From contig WQVX01000018.1 of the NCBI GenBank assembly GCA_009785615.1, forward strand, positions 8,027 to 32,026: a stretch of DNA of 24,000 nt, read 5' to 3'. The first letter of the stretch is position 1. Each line of letters starts with the position of its first letter. This document shows, piece by piece, positions 1-9,345 of this stretch. Under the pieces are notes generated by a model. It did not search any database, had not been told where the DNA came from, and saw nothing but the letters and a program-made list of their open reading frames with translations. A program made the translations under genes and the position numbers. This stretch comes from Defluviitaleaceae bacterium. Lineage in GTDB: Bacteria; Bacillota; Clostridia; Lachnospirales; WQUN01.

Positions 1-338
1 CAAAAGATGTGGAAAATTTATTGGCAGATGGTAAAATGCCGGAAAATAACCATTTACGTGAAATAGAGCATGAACTAGCTCGTGTTCTTGAAAGTATTGG
101 CAAGCCTGAAATTGAATTGTTCTCTAATTACAAAGAATTGGACAAGGATAAAGCTATGGCACTGTTTGATAAACTTTATCCTCTGCTAAAATCCAGCAAT
201 GCTAATTGTTTAAGTTTGCTGGATGAGCTTCGTACAATTCCGGAGACAGCCATATTAATTAGGCAAATTGAAGATTTTGATTTTGCAATTGCATTAAAAA
301 CCTTAGATACATTGAGGTCAATATTGGTGGATTTTTAA
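1..338 (+). CDS. 3' end of a hybrid sensor histidine kinase paralog (end of Hpt region plus conserved C-terminal tail); the 5' end lies outside the window
   Basis: This frame is open from the window edge (codons phased from nt 3) to TAA at 336-338, so the GTG at 9 is only the first in-window start. The tail LDKDKAMALFDKLYPLLKSSNANCLSLLDELRTIPETAILIRQIEDFDFAIALKTLDTLRSIL aligns by eye with the last ~70 aa of the next gene. Confidence 0.8.
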   Translation, partial: KDVENLLADGKMPENNHLREIEHELARVLESIGKPEIELFSNYKELDKDKAMALFDKLYPLLKSSNANCLSLLDELRTIPETAILIRQIEDFDFAIALKTLDTLRSILVDF

Positions 339-374
339 TAGACTTCTTGCATGGCCGGTTAACGCCAAAAGTCT

Positions 375-3300
375 ATGATGGAAGGAATTAATAATGTGAG
401 CATTTCTCGCCGGATCATAGTTTTGATGTTGGTATTTATTGTATTAGTTGGAGCAAATGTGTCCTCCTTGTTTTTTGCTATGCACGCTAATTACGAAGCA
501 AATAATACCTTTGAAGAAAGATATGCCCTTTCTTCTGCTATGTATGAATTAAATTTGGCGGCAGCAGCTTTAACAAGACGGATGAGATTTGTTGCCATGA
601 CCGGAGGAGAATTTCATTATAATGCTTTTTGGGCTGAAATTGAACGCGATCGACCGGGACAGGCATTAGATACTTTTATATCCTTTAACGCCCCTCAAAA
701 TGAAATAGAACTTTTAGAGCAAATTTTAGAGCGAAGAGCACACATGAATGCTATTTCAGAAGAGGTTTTTCGCCTGCGAGCCATAGGAACAGAAGAGTCT
801 TTTATGGAGGCTATTGATCTGGCTCATAGCGCAAAATTTATAAATATAGATATACTTTTTGAAGGAAAAATTCATGATTTAATGGCATTAACAGATATGC
901 GCACACAAGAAATAATAGATAACCTCCTGCGTAAAGTCGAAATTTTTGAAACACTTATGATCGTTATTTCGGTAATATTTATCTTGGTAGGTATTTTAGG
1001 ATTGATATGGTCTAATAAAAAAATCAAGATACTTGCTGTTATATTTGTTGTTATAGCCGGTGCAAATATATTTTTTACTATTTCTGCTATATTTTCAAAT
1101 ATAGAAATACGAGATGCTTATGAATTACAGACTACATTAGTTTTTACCCTCTATGAGATGGAAAGAGGGACAGAAACTTTAACGAGAACATCAAGAGCGT
1201 TTGCTGTACTGGGTGGAGAGCTTCAATATAATATTTATTGGGCAGAGTTAGAACTTGATAGATTCGGCATAGCCTTAGATACTTTTATAACATCTTTCGC
1301 CCCTGATAGTGAAGTAAATATGCTTGCAGAACTTGTACGCAGAATAACTTCACTTAGACAAGTTGAAACCTATGTAATGCAGTTGCGCCTTGCAGGATAT
1401 GTAGATGAAGCTGTTGCCTTAGCTTTTAGTGGGGAATTTGCAACTCTTAGAATACCAATTAATGCCATGAATCAAGAACTTCGTGAAATAGTGAATGAAC
1501 GTACGCAAGAAATGGTGAATGCTGCTCTTCATAGTTATAATGTTTTTGGTAGATTGCTAATTATTACTACATTGTTGCTTTTTATAGTTAGTTTTAGTGG
1601 TTTATTTATGAAATTAAAACAAACTAAGTCTATTGATACCAAGCCAACAGCAAATTTATATGTATTTGGAAGAATAAAAAATCTAACAATCGCAGCTAGG
1701 TTAGTTGCCTCTTTTACGTTAATTATACTCATTTTTATTGTATATGTTGCTATTGCAAATTATTTTAACACAATAATAGATAATTTAAACCGTCACAGCA
1801 CTGATTTTATGTCAGTACGGATGGAAATTTTATTATCTTACCATCAGGAATTTACAGAAATGAGAAGGCTTTTAAGTGAATCTTTAATGAATCCGGAATG
1901 GTTGGAAGTAACAAGCATTAGCGAATCCCATCATCGTTTGACAATTTTAGCAGAAACATATAAAAATTCGATTAGGGCAGATCATATGTTTCCGGAAATG
2001 CCTTATGATAGCCGGATTTTTATTATGAATGAGATAATGACATATGTTAATACAATATATGAGCTTTATAATACAAATTTTTTATTTTCAGATAATATGA
2101 GTTTTCACAATGATGTGCTAAATTATGTAAGTGCTGCTGAAATTATGCTTCAAATGCTTCGTAGAATTGTCAGTATGAACCAAGAGATAGTAGTAGAAAA
2201 CATTGAGAACTATCGAATTTGGTCAAATAATATTACTATTACTGCCCTTATAACAGCTATAATTTTGGCGTTGTTTCTAGCTTATTCCATGGTAAGAATC
2301 TTTACTCTCAAAATTAAAGCCATTGAGTCTGATGCTGCTTTGGTAGAACAAGGCAACTTTGAAGCCGCTTTGTTAAATGAAAAGACGGACGAAATATCTA
2401 AGATATTTACAAATTTAGTGAAAGTATTTACAGAGCTTATTGACGAAATTAATGAAGTTACCCTTAAACATGCAACAGGTAATACCCAAGTCCGTATAAA
2501 TGCTGACCAATTTCATGGAGGATATCAACAAGCCGCCCTTGTTATCAACAAATTGATGGACACTGTCAACGAAAGCATAACAAATTTAAAAGCAGCAGAA
2601 GAACGTGCTCAAATCATGCTAAACGGAAACCCCATAGCATGTTATTTGATTGACGAACACTTTACAATTTTAGACTGTAACAATGGAGCAATTGATTTGT
2701 TTGGGTTTGCAAACAAGGATGAATCACTTGAAAAAAGCTATGAAATTTTTACTGCAAAAGGTTTTAGTAAATTCAAAAAACATTTTGATGTTGCCTTAAT
2801 AGAAAAATACAATAAATTTGAATGGAATTTGGAAAAATACGATGGTACATTTGTGCCTTGTGCTTTTACTTTTGTACGCTTTACTTTAGAGAACAAACAT
2901 GTTATTGCCGCATATATCCAAGATATGACTGTAATCAAACGGATGATGGAGCAACAAGAGCTGGTTCAAATAGCACAAGAAAACAGCCAAGCAAAGAGCA
3001 GGTTTCTTGCCAGTATGAGCCATGAAATACGTACACCTATTACGGCAGTATTAGGTATATCAGAAATACAACTGCATAACCCTGCTTTGCCTTTAGAGAT
3101 AGAGGAAGCCTTTGCTAAAATATATAGTTCATCTAATACCTTATTAGGCATTGTTAATGATATCTTAGATCTTTCTAAAATTGAAGCGGGCAAGATGGAA
3201 ATTTCTACTGAAAAATATGAAGTAACCGGCCTTTTAAGCGATGTAATTCAGCTAAACTTGGCTTTTTTAGGCAATAAACAACTTGATTTTGTTATTGACA

Positions 3301-4745
3301 TAGATAAAAATATTCCTATTTACCTAACAGGTGATGAACTTCGTATAAAGCAAGTTTTAAATAATTTGCTCTCTAATGCTTTTAAATACACTGAAAAAGG
3401 TTATGTAAATTTTAAAATGCACATTACAAACGGAAACCAAGCAAATTATGTAAACTTGGTTATTATTATACAAGACACAGGCTGCGGAATGAGCAAGATG
3501 CAGCTGGAAGCACTTTTTGATGAATATTCACGTTTTCATGAAAAAGAAATTCGCTTTGAGCCGGGCACCAGATTAGGAATGCCTATAACACATAGCTTGC
3601 TTCAACTGATGAATGCTACAATTAGTGTTGAAAGTGAAGTGAATAAAGGTACGATTGTTACGGTTATTCTTCCGCAACAAGTTGAAACCCATGAAATATT
3701 GGGAGCGGAAACCGTTAAACATCTCAAAAATTTTAACATTAGCCCACACTTTGCAGTAAAAAGATTGTCTTTTAGCTCCGAATCTATGCCCTATGGACGT
3801 GTGCTTATAGTAGACGATGTAGATGCTAATATTTACGTAGCCAAGGGTTTAATGGAGCTATATCAACTACAAATTGATACTTGTATGAGCGGGCCTGCTG
3901 CTATAGAAAAAATTAAAAACGGAGATGCATATGACATTATTTTCATGGATCAAATGATGCCGGAGATGAGTGGCATTGAAGCTACTGCAATTATACGACA
4001 AATGAATTATGCTCTCCCCATTGTTGCATTAACAGCAAATGCATTGATGGGTCAAGCCGAAGAATTTTTACGAAATGGCTTTGACGGCTTTTTATCCAAA
4101 CCTATTCAAAGCGCGCACTTAAACGCTATACTACACAAATTCATAAGAGACAAGCATAAAACAACAAATCACGCGGGGGATGACACAATAGAATACCGGA
4201 GTATAGATGACTACTTTAATGAACACTTGAAAAACTCCGGTGTTTACAGCAAGATATGCAAAGATTTTGCACGAAATAAAAAAAATATCATACTTGAAAT
4301 AATTAACTCTATCAAAGAAAATGACCTTAAAACTGCCCATCGCTTGGTACATACATTAAAGGGATTGGCAGGGCTTATTGGAGAAAATCGCCTTTCCGGT
4401 ATTGCTGAAAAGGCAGAAGCAGTATTTGTTGAAGGCAATGTTCCTACCGATTTAATAGACTTACTCAGTTTAGAAATGGAACGAGTGCTTGCTAAAATTG
4501 AAAAAAGATATCCTGCTGAACCCAGCTTGCAACACACAGACAAAACCCTGGATAAAGGTAAAGCAAGTGAAATTTTTGGCAGATTAATTCAATTATTAGA
4601 AACAAATAATGCTAAAGCATTGGAAATGGTAGGCGAGCTTGCAGAAATTCCACAAACAAATGATTTAATTAACCAAATTGAAGCTATTGACTTTGATATT
4701 GCATTACAAACTCTTGCAACCCTAAGAAAAACTTTAGAAGTATAA
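375..4745 (+). CDS. Hybrid sensor histidine kinase: six predicted TM helices framing three extracytoplasmic modules, then HAMP, PAS, HisKA, HATPase, REC and Hpt
   Basis: 1456-aa ORF. The H-box is SHEIRTP (His codon 3021-3023). N-box is LLSNAFKYT, G1 is IQDTGCGM. The receiver has DD...FMDQMMPEMSG (Asp codon 3948-3950) and an SKP motif. The Hpt motif is HTLKGLAG (His codon 4350-4352). Hydrophobic segments lie near aa 13-36, 193-212, 218-240, 393-412, 441-464 and 619-645. The start is uncertain: ATG 375/378 lack a clear SD, whereas in-frame GTG 396 sits 8 nt after GGAAGGA (381-387). Confidence 0.9.
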   Translation: MMEGINNVSISRRIIVLMLVFIVLVGANVSSLFFAMHANYEANNTFEERYALSSAMYELNLAAAALTRRMRFVAMTGGEFHYNAFWAEIERDRPGQALDTFISFNAPQNEIELLEQILERRAHMNAISEEVFRLRAIGTEESFMEAIDLAHSAKFINIDILFEGKIHDLMALTDMRTQEIIDNLLRKVEIFETLMIVISVIFILVGILGLIWSNKKIKILAVIFVVIAGANIFFTISAIFSNIEIRDAYELQTTLVFTLYEMERGTETLTRTSRAFAVLGGELQYNIYWAELELDRFGIALDTFITSFAPDSEVNMLAELVRRITSLRQVETYVMQLRLAGYVDEAVALAFSGEFATLRIPINAMNQELREIVNERTQEMVNAALHSYNVFGRLLIITTLLLFIVSFSGLFMKLKQTKSIDTKPTANLYVFGRIKNLTIAARLVASFTLIILIFIVYVAIANYFNTIIDNLNRHSTDFMSVRMEILLSYHQEFTEMRRLLSESLMNPEWLEVTSISESHHRLTILAETYKNSIRADHMFPEMPYDSRIFIMNEIMTYVNTIYELYNTNFLFSDNMSFHNDVLNYVSAAEIMLQMLRRIVSMNQEIVVENIENYRIWSNNITITALITAIILALFLAYSMVRIFTLKIKAIESDAALVEQGNFEAALLNEKTDEISKIFTNLVKVFTELIDEINEVTLKHATGNTQVRINADQFHGGYQQAALVINKLMDTVNESITNLKAAEERAQIMLNGNPIACYLIDEHFTILDCNNGAIDLFGFANKDESLEKSYEIFTAKGFSKFKKHFDVALIEKYNKFEWNLEKYDGTFVPCAFTFVRFTLENKHVIAAYIQDMTVIKRMMEQQELVQIAQENSQAKSRFLASMSHEIRTPITAVLGISEIQLHNPALPLEIEEAFAKIYSSSNTLLGIVNDILDLSKIEAGKMEISTEKYEVTGLLSDVIQLNLAFLGNKQLDFVIDIDKNIPIYLTGDELRIKQVLNNLLSNAFKYTEKGYVNFKMHITNGNQANYVNLVIIIQDTGCGMSKMQLEALFDEYSRFHEKEIRFEPGTRLGMPITHSLLQLMNATISVESEVNKGTIVTVILPQQVETHEILGAETVKHLKNFNISPHFAVKRLSFSSESMPYGRVLIVDDVDANIYVAKGLMELYQLQIDTCMSGPAAIEKIKNGDAYDIIFMDQMMPEMSGIEATAIIRQMNYALPIVALTANALMGQAEEFLRNGFDGFLSKPIQSAHLNAILHKFIRDKHKTTNHAGDDTIEYRSIDDYFNEHLKNSGVYSKICKDFARNKKNIILEIINSIKENDLKTAHRLVHTLKGLAGLIGENRLSGIAEKAEAVFVEGNVPTDLIDLLSLEMERVLAKIEKRYPAEPSLQHTDKTLDKGKASEIFGRLIQLLETNNAKALEMVGELAEIPQTNDLINQIEAIDFDIALQTLATLRKTLEV

Positions 4746-4746
4746 G

Positions 4747-4779
4747 AGCCTGTTAAAAATCTTTTTTTAACAGGCTTTT
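4747..4779 (+). terminator. Rho-independent terminator after the hybrid kinase
   Basis: 13-bp perfect stem AGCCTGTTAAAAA (4747-4759) / TTTTTAACAGGCT (4764-4776) with a 4-nt loop, followed by TTT. It starts 2 nt after the stop codon. Confidence 0.8.
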
Positions 4780-4802
4780 ATACTTCTTATTTTTATGTGA
4801 AT

Positions 4803-4831
4803 TTTACATGGAAGATTTCTTATGATAAAAT
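4803..4831 (+). promoter_or_regulatory. Candidate sigma-A-type promoter for the TrxR-like gene
   Basis: TTTACA (4803-4808), 17-nt spacer ending in TGA, then TAAAAT (4826-4831), which gives an extended -10. It lies ~50 nt upstream of the predicted start. Confidence 0.45.
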
Positions 4832-4880
4832 AATTGGAAATAAACACTTATTTTAGCAGTAATAATTGAGGAGAATCTTC

Positions 4881-5747
4881 GTGGATAATTCTAATGTAAT
4901 CATTATAGGCAGTGGGCCGGCCGGGATTTCGGCAGCACTATACACTGCTCGCTCCAATATCAAAACAACAATTATAAGCAAAAAAAAGGGAGCTTTGGCC
5001 ACAGCAAAGGAAATTGAAAATTATTACGGATTTTCTCAACCTATATCCGGCCCGGATTTACAACAAAGAGGTATTGACCAAGCTAAACGGCTGGGAGTAG
5101 AAATTATTGCCCAAGAAGTTGTTGGTATAACTGATGATGAAAATGGTTTTACAGTAGAAACTTCTGAAGGTGAATATAACGCTAAAGTGGTTATTTTGGC
5201 TACAGGTGCTTCCCATACAAAGCCTAAATGGAATAATTTTAGCATTTATGAAGGTATGGGGGTAAGCTATTGCGCTGTTTGTGATGCTTTCTTTTTTAGA
5301 GAAAAAGATGTGGCTGTAGTAGGAAATGGATCCTATGCCCTTCACGAAGTTAAGGCACTTTTACCTGTAGTAAAATCTGTTACCTTATGTACTGATGGCC
5401 AACCTCCGGCAGAAGAATTTCCACCGGAAGTTACAGTGATAAATAAACCTGTAGAAGCTCTTGAAGGAGATACTACACTTTCGGCAGTGCGCTTTAAAGA
5501 TGGTTCTACACTAAATACAAATGCACTGTTTGTTGCTATAGGTACAGCGGGCAGTTCAAACTTAGCCAATGCTATTGGTGCAGAAGTTAATAATGGTAAC
5601 ATTGTGGTAGATGCTTTTATGAATACAACCGTACCGGGCTTGTTAGCCGCAGGAGACTGTACTATGGGGATGAAACAAATTGCTAAAGCAGTATATGAGG
5701 GTTCTTTGGCAGGCACAGAAGCTATAAAGATAATACGAGAGGGATAA
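4881..5747 (+). CDS. Thioredoxin-reductase-like FAD-dependent pyridine nucleotide-disulfide oxidoreductase (short form, no recognisable NADPH-arginine motif)
   Basis: FAD motif GSGPAGISAALYTAR, redox CxxC motif CAVCDAFFF, second Rossmann motif VVGNGSYA, and C-terminal GD motif AAGDC. I prefer GTG 4881 (in frame, 7 nt after GAGGAG 4868-4873) over the TTG at 4866 used in the ORF track. Confidence 0.8.
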   Translation: MDNSNVIIIGSGPAGISAALYTARSNIKTTIISKKKGALATAKEIENYYGFSQPISGPDLQQRGIDQAKRLGVEIIAQEVVGITDDENGFTVETSEGEYNAKVVILATGASHTKPKWNNFSIYEGMGVSYCAVCDAFFFREKDVAVVGNGSYALHEVKALLPVVKSVTLCTDGQPPAEEFPPEVTVINKPVEALEGDTTLSAVRFKDGSTLNTNALFVAIGTAGSSNLANAIGAEVNNGNIVVDAFMNTTVPGLLAAGDCTMGMKQIAKAVYEGSLAGTEAIKIIREG

Positions 5748-5811
5748 TGTGAAAAGATCTGTCCGCATTAAGTGGAATTAGATCTGAAAGGGATAAAGGG
5801 GCAGGATAAAA

Positions 5812-6591
5812 ATGATAGATGCAAACATGGAAACAATACAGGACTTAGATTCGGTTACAGGATTTTATGAGGCTCTATATCACGATCTTAAAACACCCAT
5901 GACAATTTTATTCAATAACATAATAGCTTTGGAGAGAATAGATGGACTACCCAAAATTGCATTAGATTATTTAGAAGCAATAAAACGGTCAAGTTTCCGT
6001 ATGGCAAAATTAGTAAGAGATGCAAATGATAGAGTAAGGCTAAGCCAAGGATTATTTGTTCCCCGTTATGTAATGACTGATGGCGTAGCATTAATTAAAA
6101 ACATTTGCGAATCAGCCCATGTTCTAATGTTGAATAAAAATATTCGTATTGTATTTAGTAGCCCGGTACCCACATTTAAAATGGCAATGGATCAACAAAT
6201 GTGGGAAAGAATTATCCTTAATCTATTAGCCAATGCAAAGGATTATTCTTATTGGGGTGATGAGATACACTGTAAAATAAATATAAAAGATGGTAATTTT
6301 TCTGTATCTATCAGAGATTTTGGAAAAGGCATAGCACCAGAGCTTGCAAATAAAATTTTCTTACGCTATAAAGGAGATACAGGGCGTGGTCTTAGGTCAG
6401 GATTGGGACTGTACATTGTAAAAGAGTTGTCAACATTAATGAATGGAGAAGTCCAAATTTACAATGCCAACCCGGGTACAGAAGTGCTAATCAATGTTCC
6501 GGTATTTCATACAGAAGAGCAGCAAGAGATAATGACAATAGATGACTTCTTTAGTGATAATATGATTCAGATGGAGTTGTCGAGTATATAA
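5812..6591 (+). CDS. Small soluble histidine kinase (DHp + catalytic domain only, no TM or sensor domain)
   Basis: H-box YHDLKTPMT within the first 30 aa, N-box LLANAKDY, G1 IRDFGKGI, G2 GLGLYIV. There is no hydrophobic segment and no adjacent response regulator. Confidence 0.8.
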   Translation: MIDANMETIQDLDSVTGFYEALYHDLKTPMTILFNNIIALERIDGLPKIALDYLEAIKRSSFRMAKLVRDANDRVRLSQGLFVPRYVMTDGVALIKNICESAHVLMLNKNIRIVFSSPVPTFKMAMDQQMWERIILNLLANAKDYSYWGDEIHCKINIKDGNFSVSIRDFGKGIAPELANKIFLRYKGDTGRGLRSGLGLYIVKELSTLMNGEVQIYNANPGTEVLINVPVFHTEEQQEIMTIDDFFSDNMIQMELSSI

Positions 6592-6625
6592 TGTGATTAT
6601 GCAAATATATTATTAGAAAGGTGAG

Positions 6626-7159
6626 GTGTGTTTGTCAGATTATTTTCAAATTGGAACAATAGTTAATACTCACGGCCTGCAAGGAGAGCTGCGAGTAATG
6701 CCTTCTACTGATGACCCCGGCCGTTTTGAGCTTTTGGATGCAGTAGAGATATTTTGGGATTCCGACAAAGTAAAATATACATTTGAAGGTGCCAGACTAC
6801 ACAAAACTTTAATAATACTAAAGCTAAAAGAAGTCAAAGATAGAACGGCTGCTGAAAAGCTGGTAGGCGGAGTGATCAAAGTACCTCGCTCAGAAGCTAT
6901 TCCTTTAGAAGATAATGAGTACTATCAAAAAGATCTGCTGGATATGGCAGTAGTTACAGATACAGGTGAAGAACTTGGACAAATAGTGCAAATTATTGAG
7001 ACAGGTGCTAATGATGTATATGTAGTGCGTCCTTCTAACGCAGAAGAAAGCAAAATAAAAGATTTACTTATTCCGGCTATAAAAGATTGTATACTATCCG
7101 TATCAGTGCAAGACAAATTGATGACTGTCCGCCTAATGGAAGGATTACGGGAACTATGA
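6626..7159 (+). CDS. rimM: 16S rRNA processing protein RimM
   Basis: N-terminal IGTIVNTHGLQGELRV signature and a PRC-barrel-like C-terminus (NDVYVV...LIPAI), immediately upstream of and overlapping trmD. The start is GTG 6626 or TTG 6632, both just after AAAGGTGAGG. Confidence 0.9.
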   Translation: MCLSDYFQIGTIVNTHGLQGELRVMPSTDDPGRFELLDAVEIFWDSDKVKYTFEGARLHKTLIILKLKEVKDRTAAEKLVGGVIKVPRSEAIPLEDNEYYQKDLLDMAVVTDTGEELGQIVQIIETGANDVYVVRPSNAEESKIKDLLIPAIKDCILSVSVQDKLMTVRLMEGLREL

Positions 7160-7845
7160 GTTTTCAACTTAGTTTTCATGTTTTAACTCTATTTCCTGAA
7201 ATGATCCATCAAGCTTGCGGTCATAGTATACTTAAACGAGCAACTGATGCAAGTATTATTAATATAGATTGCATAAATATTAGGGATTTTGCTATTAACA
7301 AGCATGGTCAGGTAGATGACTATCCTTATGGCGGTGGTGCCGGTATGGTTATGATGGCACCTCCTATTTATGATGCTTTTGTAAACATAGGAAAACCTAA
7401 CGCCCATTTTATATACATGTCACCACAAGGCAAACCTTTTAGCCAAGCAAAAGCATCAGAATTATCTCAAAAAAAAGATATCATTATACTATGCGGTCAT
7501 TATGAAGGCGTGGATCAACGGGTATTGGACATTCTTTCACCTGAAGAAATTTCTATAGGTGATTATGTTCTAACAGGCGGAGAACTAGCGGCTTTAGTGG
7601 TAATTGATGCTGTAGCCAGATTGGTTCCGGGTGTGGTTGGAAAAAGTGAATCTATTAATAATGAAAGTTTTAGTGGAACGCTTGAAGGGATGTTGGAACA
7701 TCCCCAGTATACACGTCCGCCAATCTTTAATGATATAAAAGTGCCTGACATACTTCTTTCCGGTCATCATAAAAATATAGAGGAATGGCGTAAAAATAAG
7801 GCATTTGAACGTACTAAAGCAATCAGGCCGGACTTGTTAATATGA
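7156..7845 (+). CDS. trmD: tRNA (guanine37-N1)-methyltransferase TrmD
   Basis: MSFQLSFHVLTLFPEM..., DDYPYGGGAGMVM, ILCGHYEGVDQRV, SIGDYVLTGGELAA, YTRP, LLSGHH. I place the start at ATG 7156, giving an ATGA overlap with the rimM stop. The longer ORF from 7087 in the track overlaps rimM and has an N-terminus unlike TrmD. Confidence 0.93.
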   Translation: MSFQLSFHVLTLFPEMIHQACGHSILKRATDASIINIDCINIRDFAINKHGQVDDYPYGGGAGMVMMAPPIYDAFVNIGKPNAHFIYMSPQGKPFSQAKASELSQKKDIIILCGHYEGVDQRVLDILSPEEISIGDYVLTGGELAALVVIDAVARLVPGVVGKSESINNESFSGTLEGMLEHPQYTRPPIFNDIKVPDILLSGHHKNIEEWRKNKAFERTKAIRPDLLI

Positions 7846-7896
7846 AAAAAGCTACATCGCATCAAGCGGCATAAAATTCAGAAAAGGGAGATAGCT

Positions 7897-9345
7897 ATGT
7901 CCACAGTTCAATATGAACCAAAAGAAGTTTTAAACTTTTTTGAAAAAATCAACCAAATACCAAGAGGATCAGGAAATGAAAAGGCCATAAGTGATTATTT
8001 GGTATCTTATGGCAAAGAAAAAGGCTTTGTTGTAAACCAAGATGAGGCTCTTAATGTGATTATCTACAAACCGGGAAGCCCCGGCAAAGAAAATGATCCA
8101 CCACTTATACTGCAAAGCCATATGGACATGGTATGCGAAAAAAATGCAGATACAGTACACAATTTTTTAACTGATCCTATAGTTCACAGAATTGAAGGCG
8201 ATTTTTTATATGCAAATGGTACCACTCTAGGTGCAGATAATGGGGTGGGCATGGCTCTCAGCTTGGCTATGTTAGACTCAGAAGATGCGATTCATCCGCC
8301 TTTAGAAGTAACTTTTACAGCAGAAGAAGAAACAACAATGAAGGGAATAGCTGCTTTAGACCCTAACCTGCTTAAAGCAAGGCGTATGATTAATATGGAT
8401 TCCGGCAACGACACAACATTTTGTGTTGGATGTGCAGGCGGGGGACGAGTAGACTTTACTGTACCGGTTGTAAGAGAACCTTTAAATAATGGAATGGTAT
8501 GCAGCGTGCTTACAGTGCGTGGGTTGTTGGGTGGACATTCCGGTGGAGAAATACATTTAGGTAAGGCCAACAGTATCCGTACCTTGGGCAGGGCGTTAAC
8601 GGCACTAAAAAATGAAGGAATTAATTTCAAAATAGTTAGTGTATCCGGCGGATTAAAGGCGAATGCTATTCCAAGAGAAGCAGATGCTATAATTGCATTA
8701 AATTCTGAAGATATAGGTAAGGCAAATCAAATAATGTCTACCTTGCAAACAACTCTTCGTTTAGAATATAGAATCCCGGATCCCGGTATAGCTCTGGCTT
8801 TAATACCTACCCAACAGTATTCTGAGGTATTTACCACAGAAAGTGCCCAAAAAGTAATAAATGCTATGCTATTAATTCCCTACGGTGTTTTACACATGAG
8901 TTACGACATCCCCGGATTAGTTGAAACTTCAAATAATGTAGGCGTAATGGAAACCACTCCGGAGGGTGTGTCAATGGATCTGGCATTGCGTAGTTCGGTA
9001 CCTACTCGCCGCTTATTTATACGTACTCAGATAGAAGCTTTAGCTGAATCAATTGGAGCCAAAGTAACATTTTCACATGGATATCCAAGTTGGACATATA
9101 ACCCGGATTCTCCTCTTTTGGCCGCTGCAATCTCTAAATTTGTAGAGATATATCAAAAAGATCCTAACGTTGAAGCCGTTCACGCCGGCCTGGAGTGTGG
9201 ATTTATGATGGAGAAATTTCCAAGCATGGATATTGTCTCATATTGCTGCAAAATTTATGATGCACATACTCCTAATGAGCATCTGTCTATATCTTCATTG
9301 GAACGAGTTTGGAAATATACCCAAGCATTGTTAGCAAGCCTATGA
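7897..9345 (+). CDS. pepD: Aminoacyl-histidine (Xaa-His) dipeptidase, M20C family
   Basis: N-terminal F..I..IPRGSGNEKAISDYL, metal-binding motifs SHMDMV and GADNGVGMA, TAEEETTM, and a length of ~480 aa. SD AAAGGGAG lies upstream of ATG 7897. Confidence 0.88.
   Translation: MSTVQYEPKEVLNFFEKINQIPRGSGNEKAISDYLVSYGKEKGFVVNQDEALNVIIYKPGSPGKENDPPLILQSHMDMVCEKNADTVHNFLTDPIVHRIEGDFLYANGTTLGADNGVGMALSLAMLDSEDAIHPPLEVTFTAEEETTMKGIAALDPNLLKARRMINMDSGNDTTFCVGCAGGGRVDFTVPVVREPLNNGMVCSVLTVRGLLGGHSGGEIHLGKANSIRTLGRALTALKNEGINFKIVSVSGGLKANAIPREADAIIALNSEDIGKANQIMSTLQTTLRLEYRIPDPGIALALIPTQQYSEVFTTESAQKVINAMLLIPYGVLHMSYDIPGLVETSNNVGVMETTPEGVSMDLALRSSVPTRRLFIRTQIEALAESIGAKVTFSHGYPSWTYNPDSPLLAAAISKFVEIYQKDPNVEAVHAGLECGFMMEKFPSMDIVSYCCKIYDAHTPNEHLSISSLERVWKYTQALLASL

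Noticed and set aside
5748-5811. AGATCT...AGATCT 6-bp inverted repeat between the TrxR-like gene and the small kinase
   Set aside because: The arms are too short and there is no flanking T-run, so it is not distinguishable from chance.
7087-7155. N-terminal extension of trmD in the ORF track, and similar extensions for nagZ (9309), the GlpA-like gene (11968), the TrxR-like gene (4866) and serC (16666)
   Set aside because: The extensions overlap upstream genes or precede the SD. Internal starts give canonical family N-termini and proper SD spacing.
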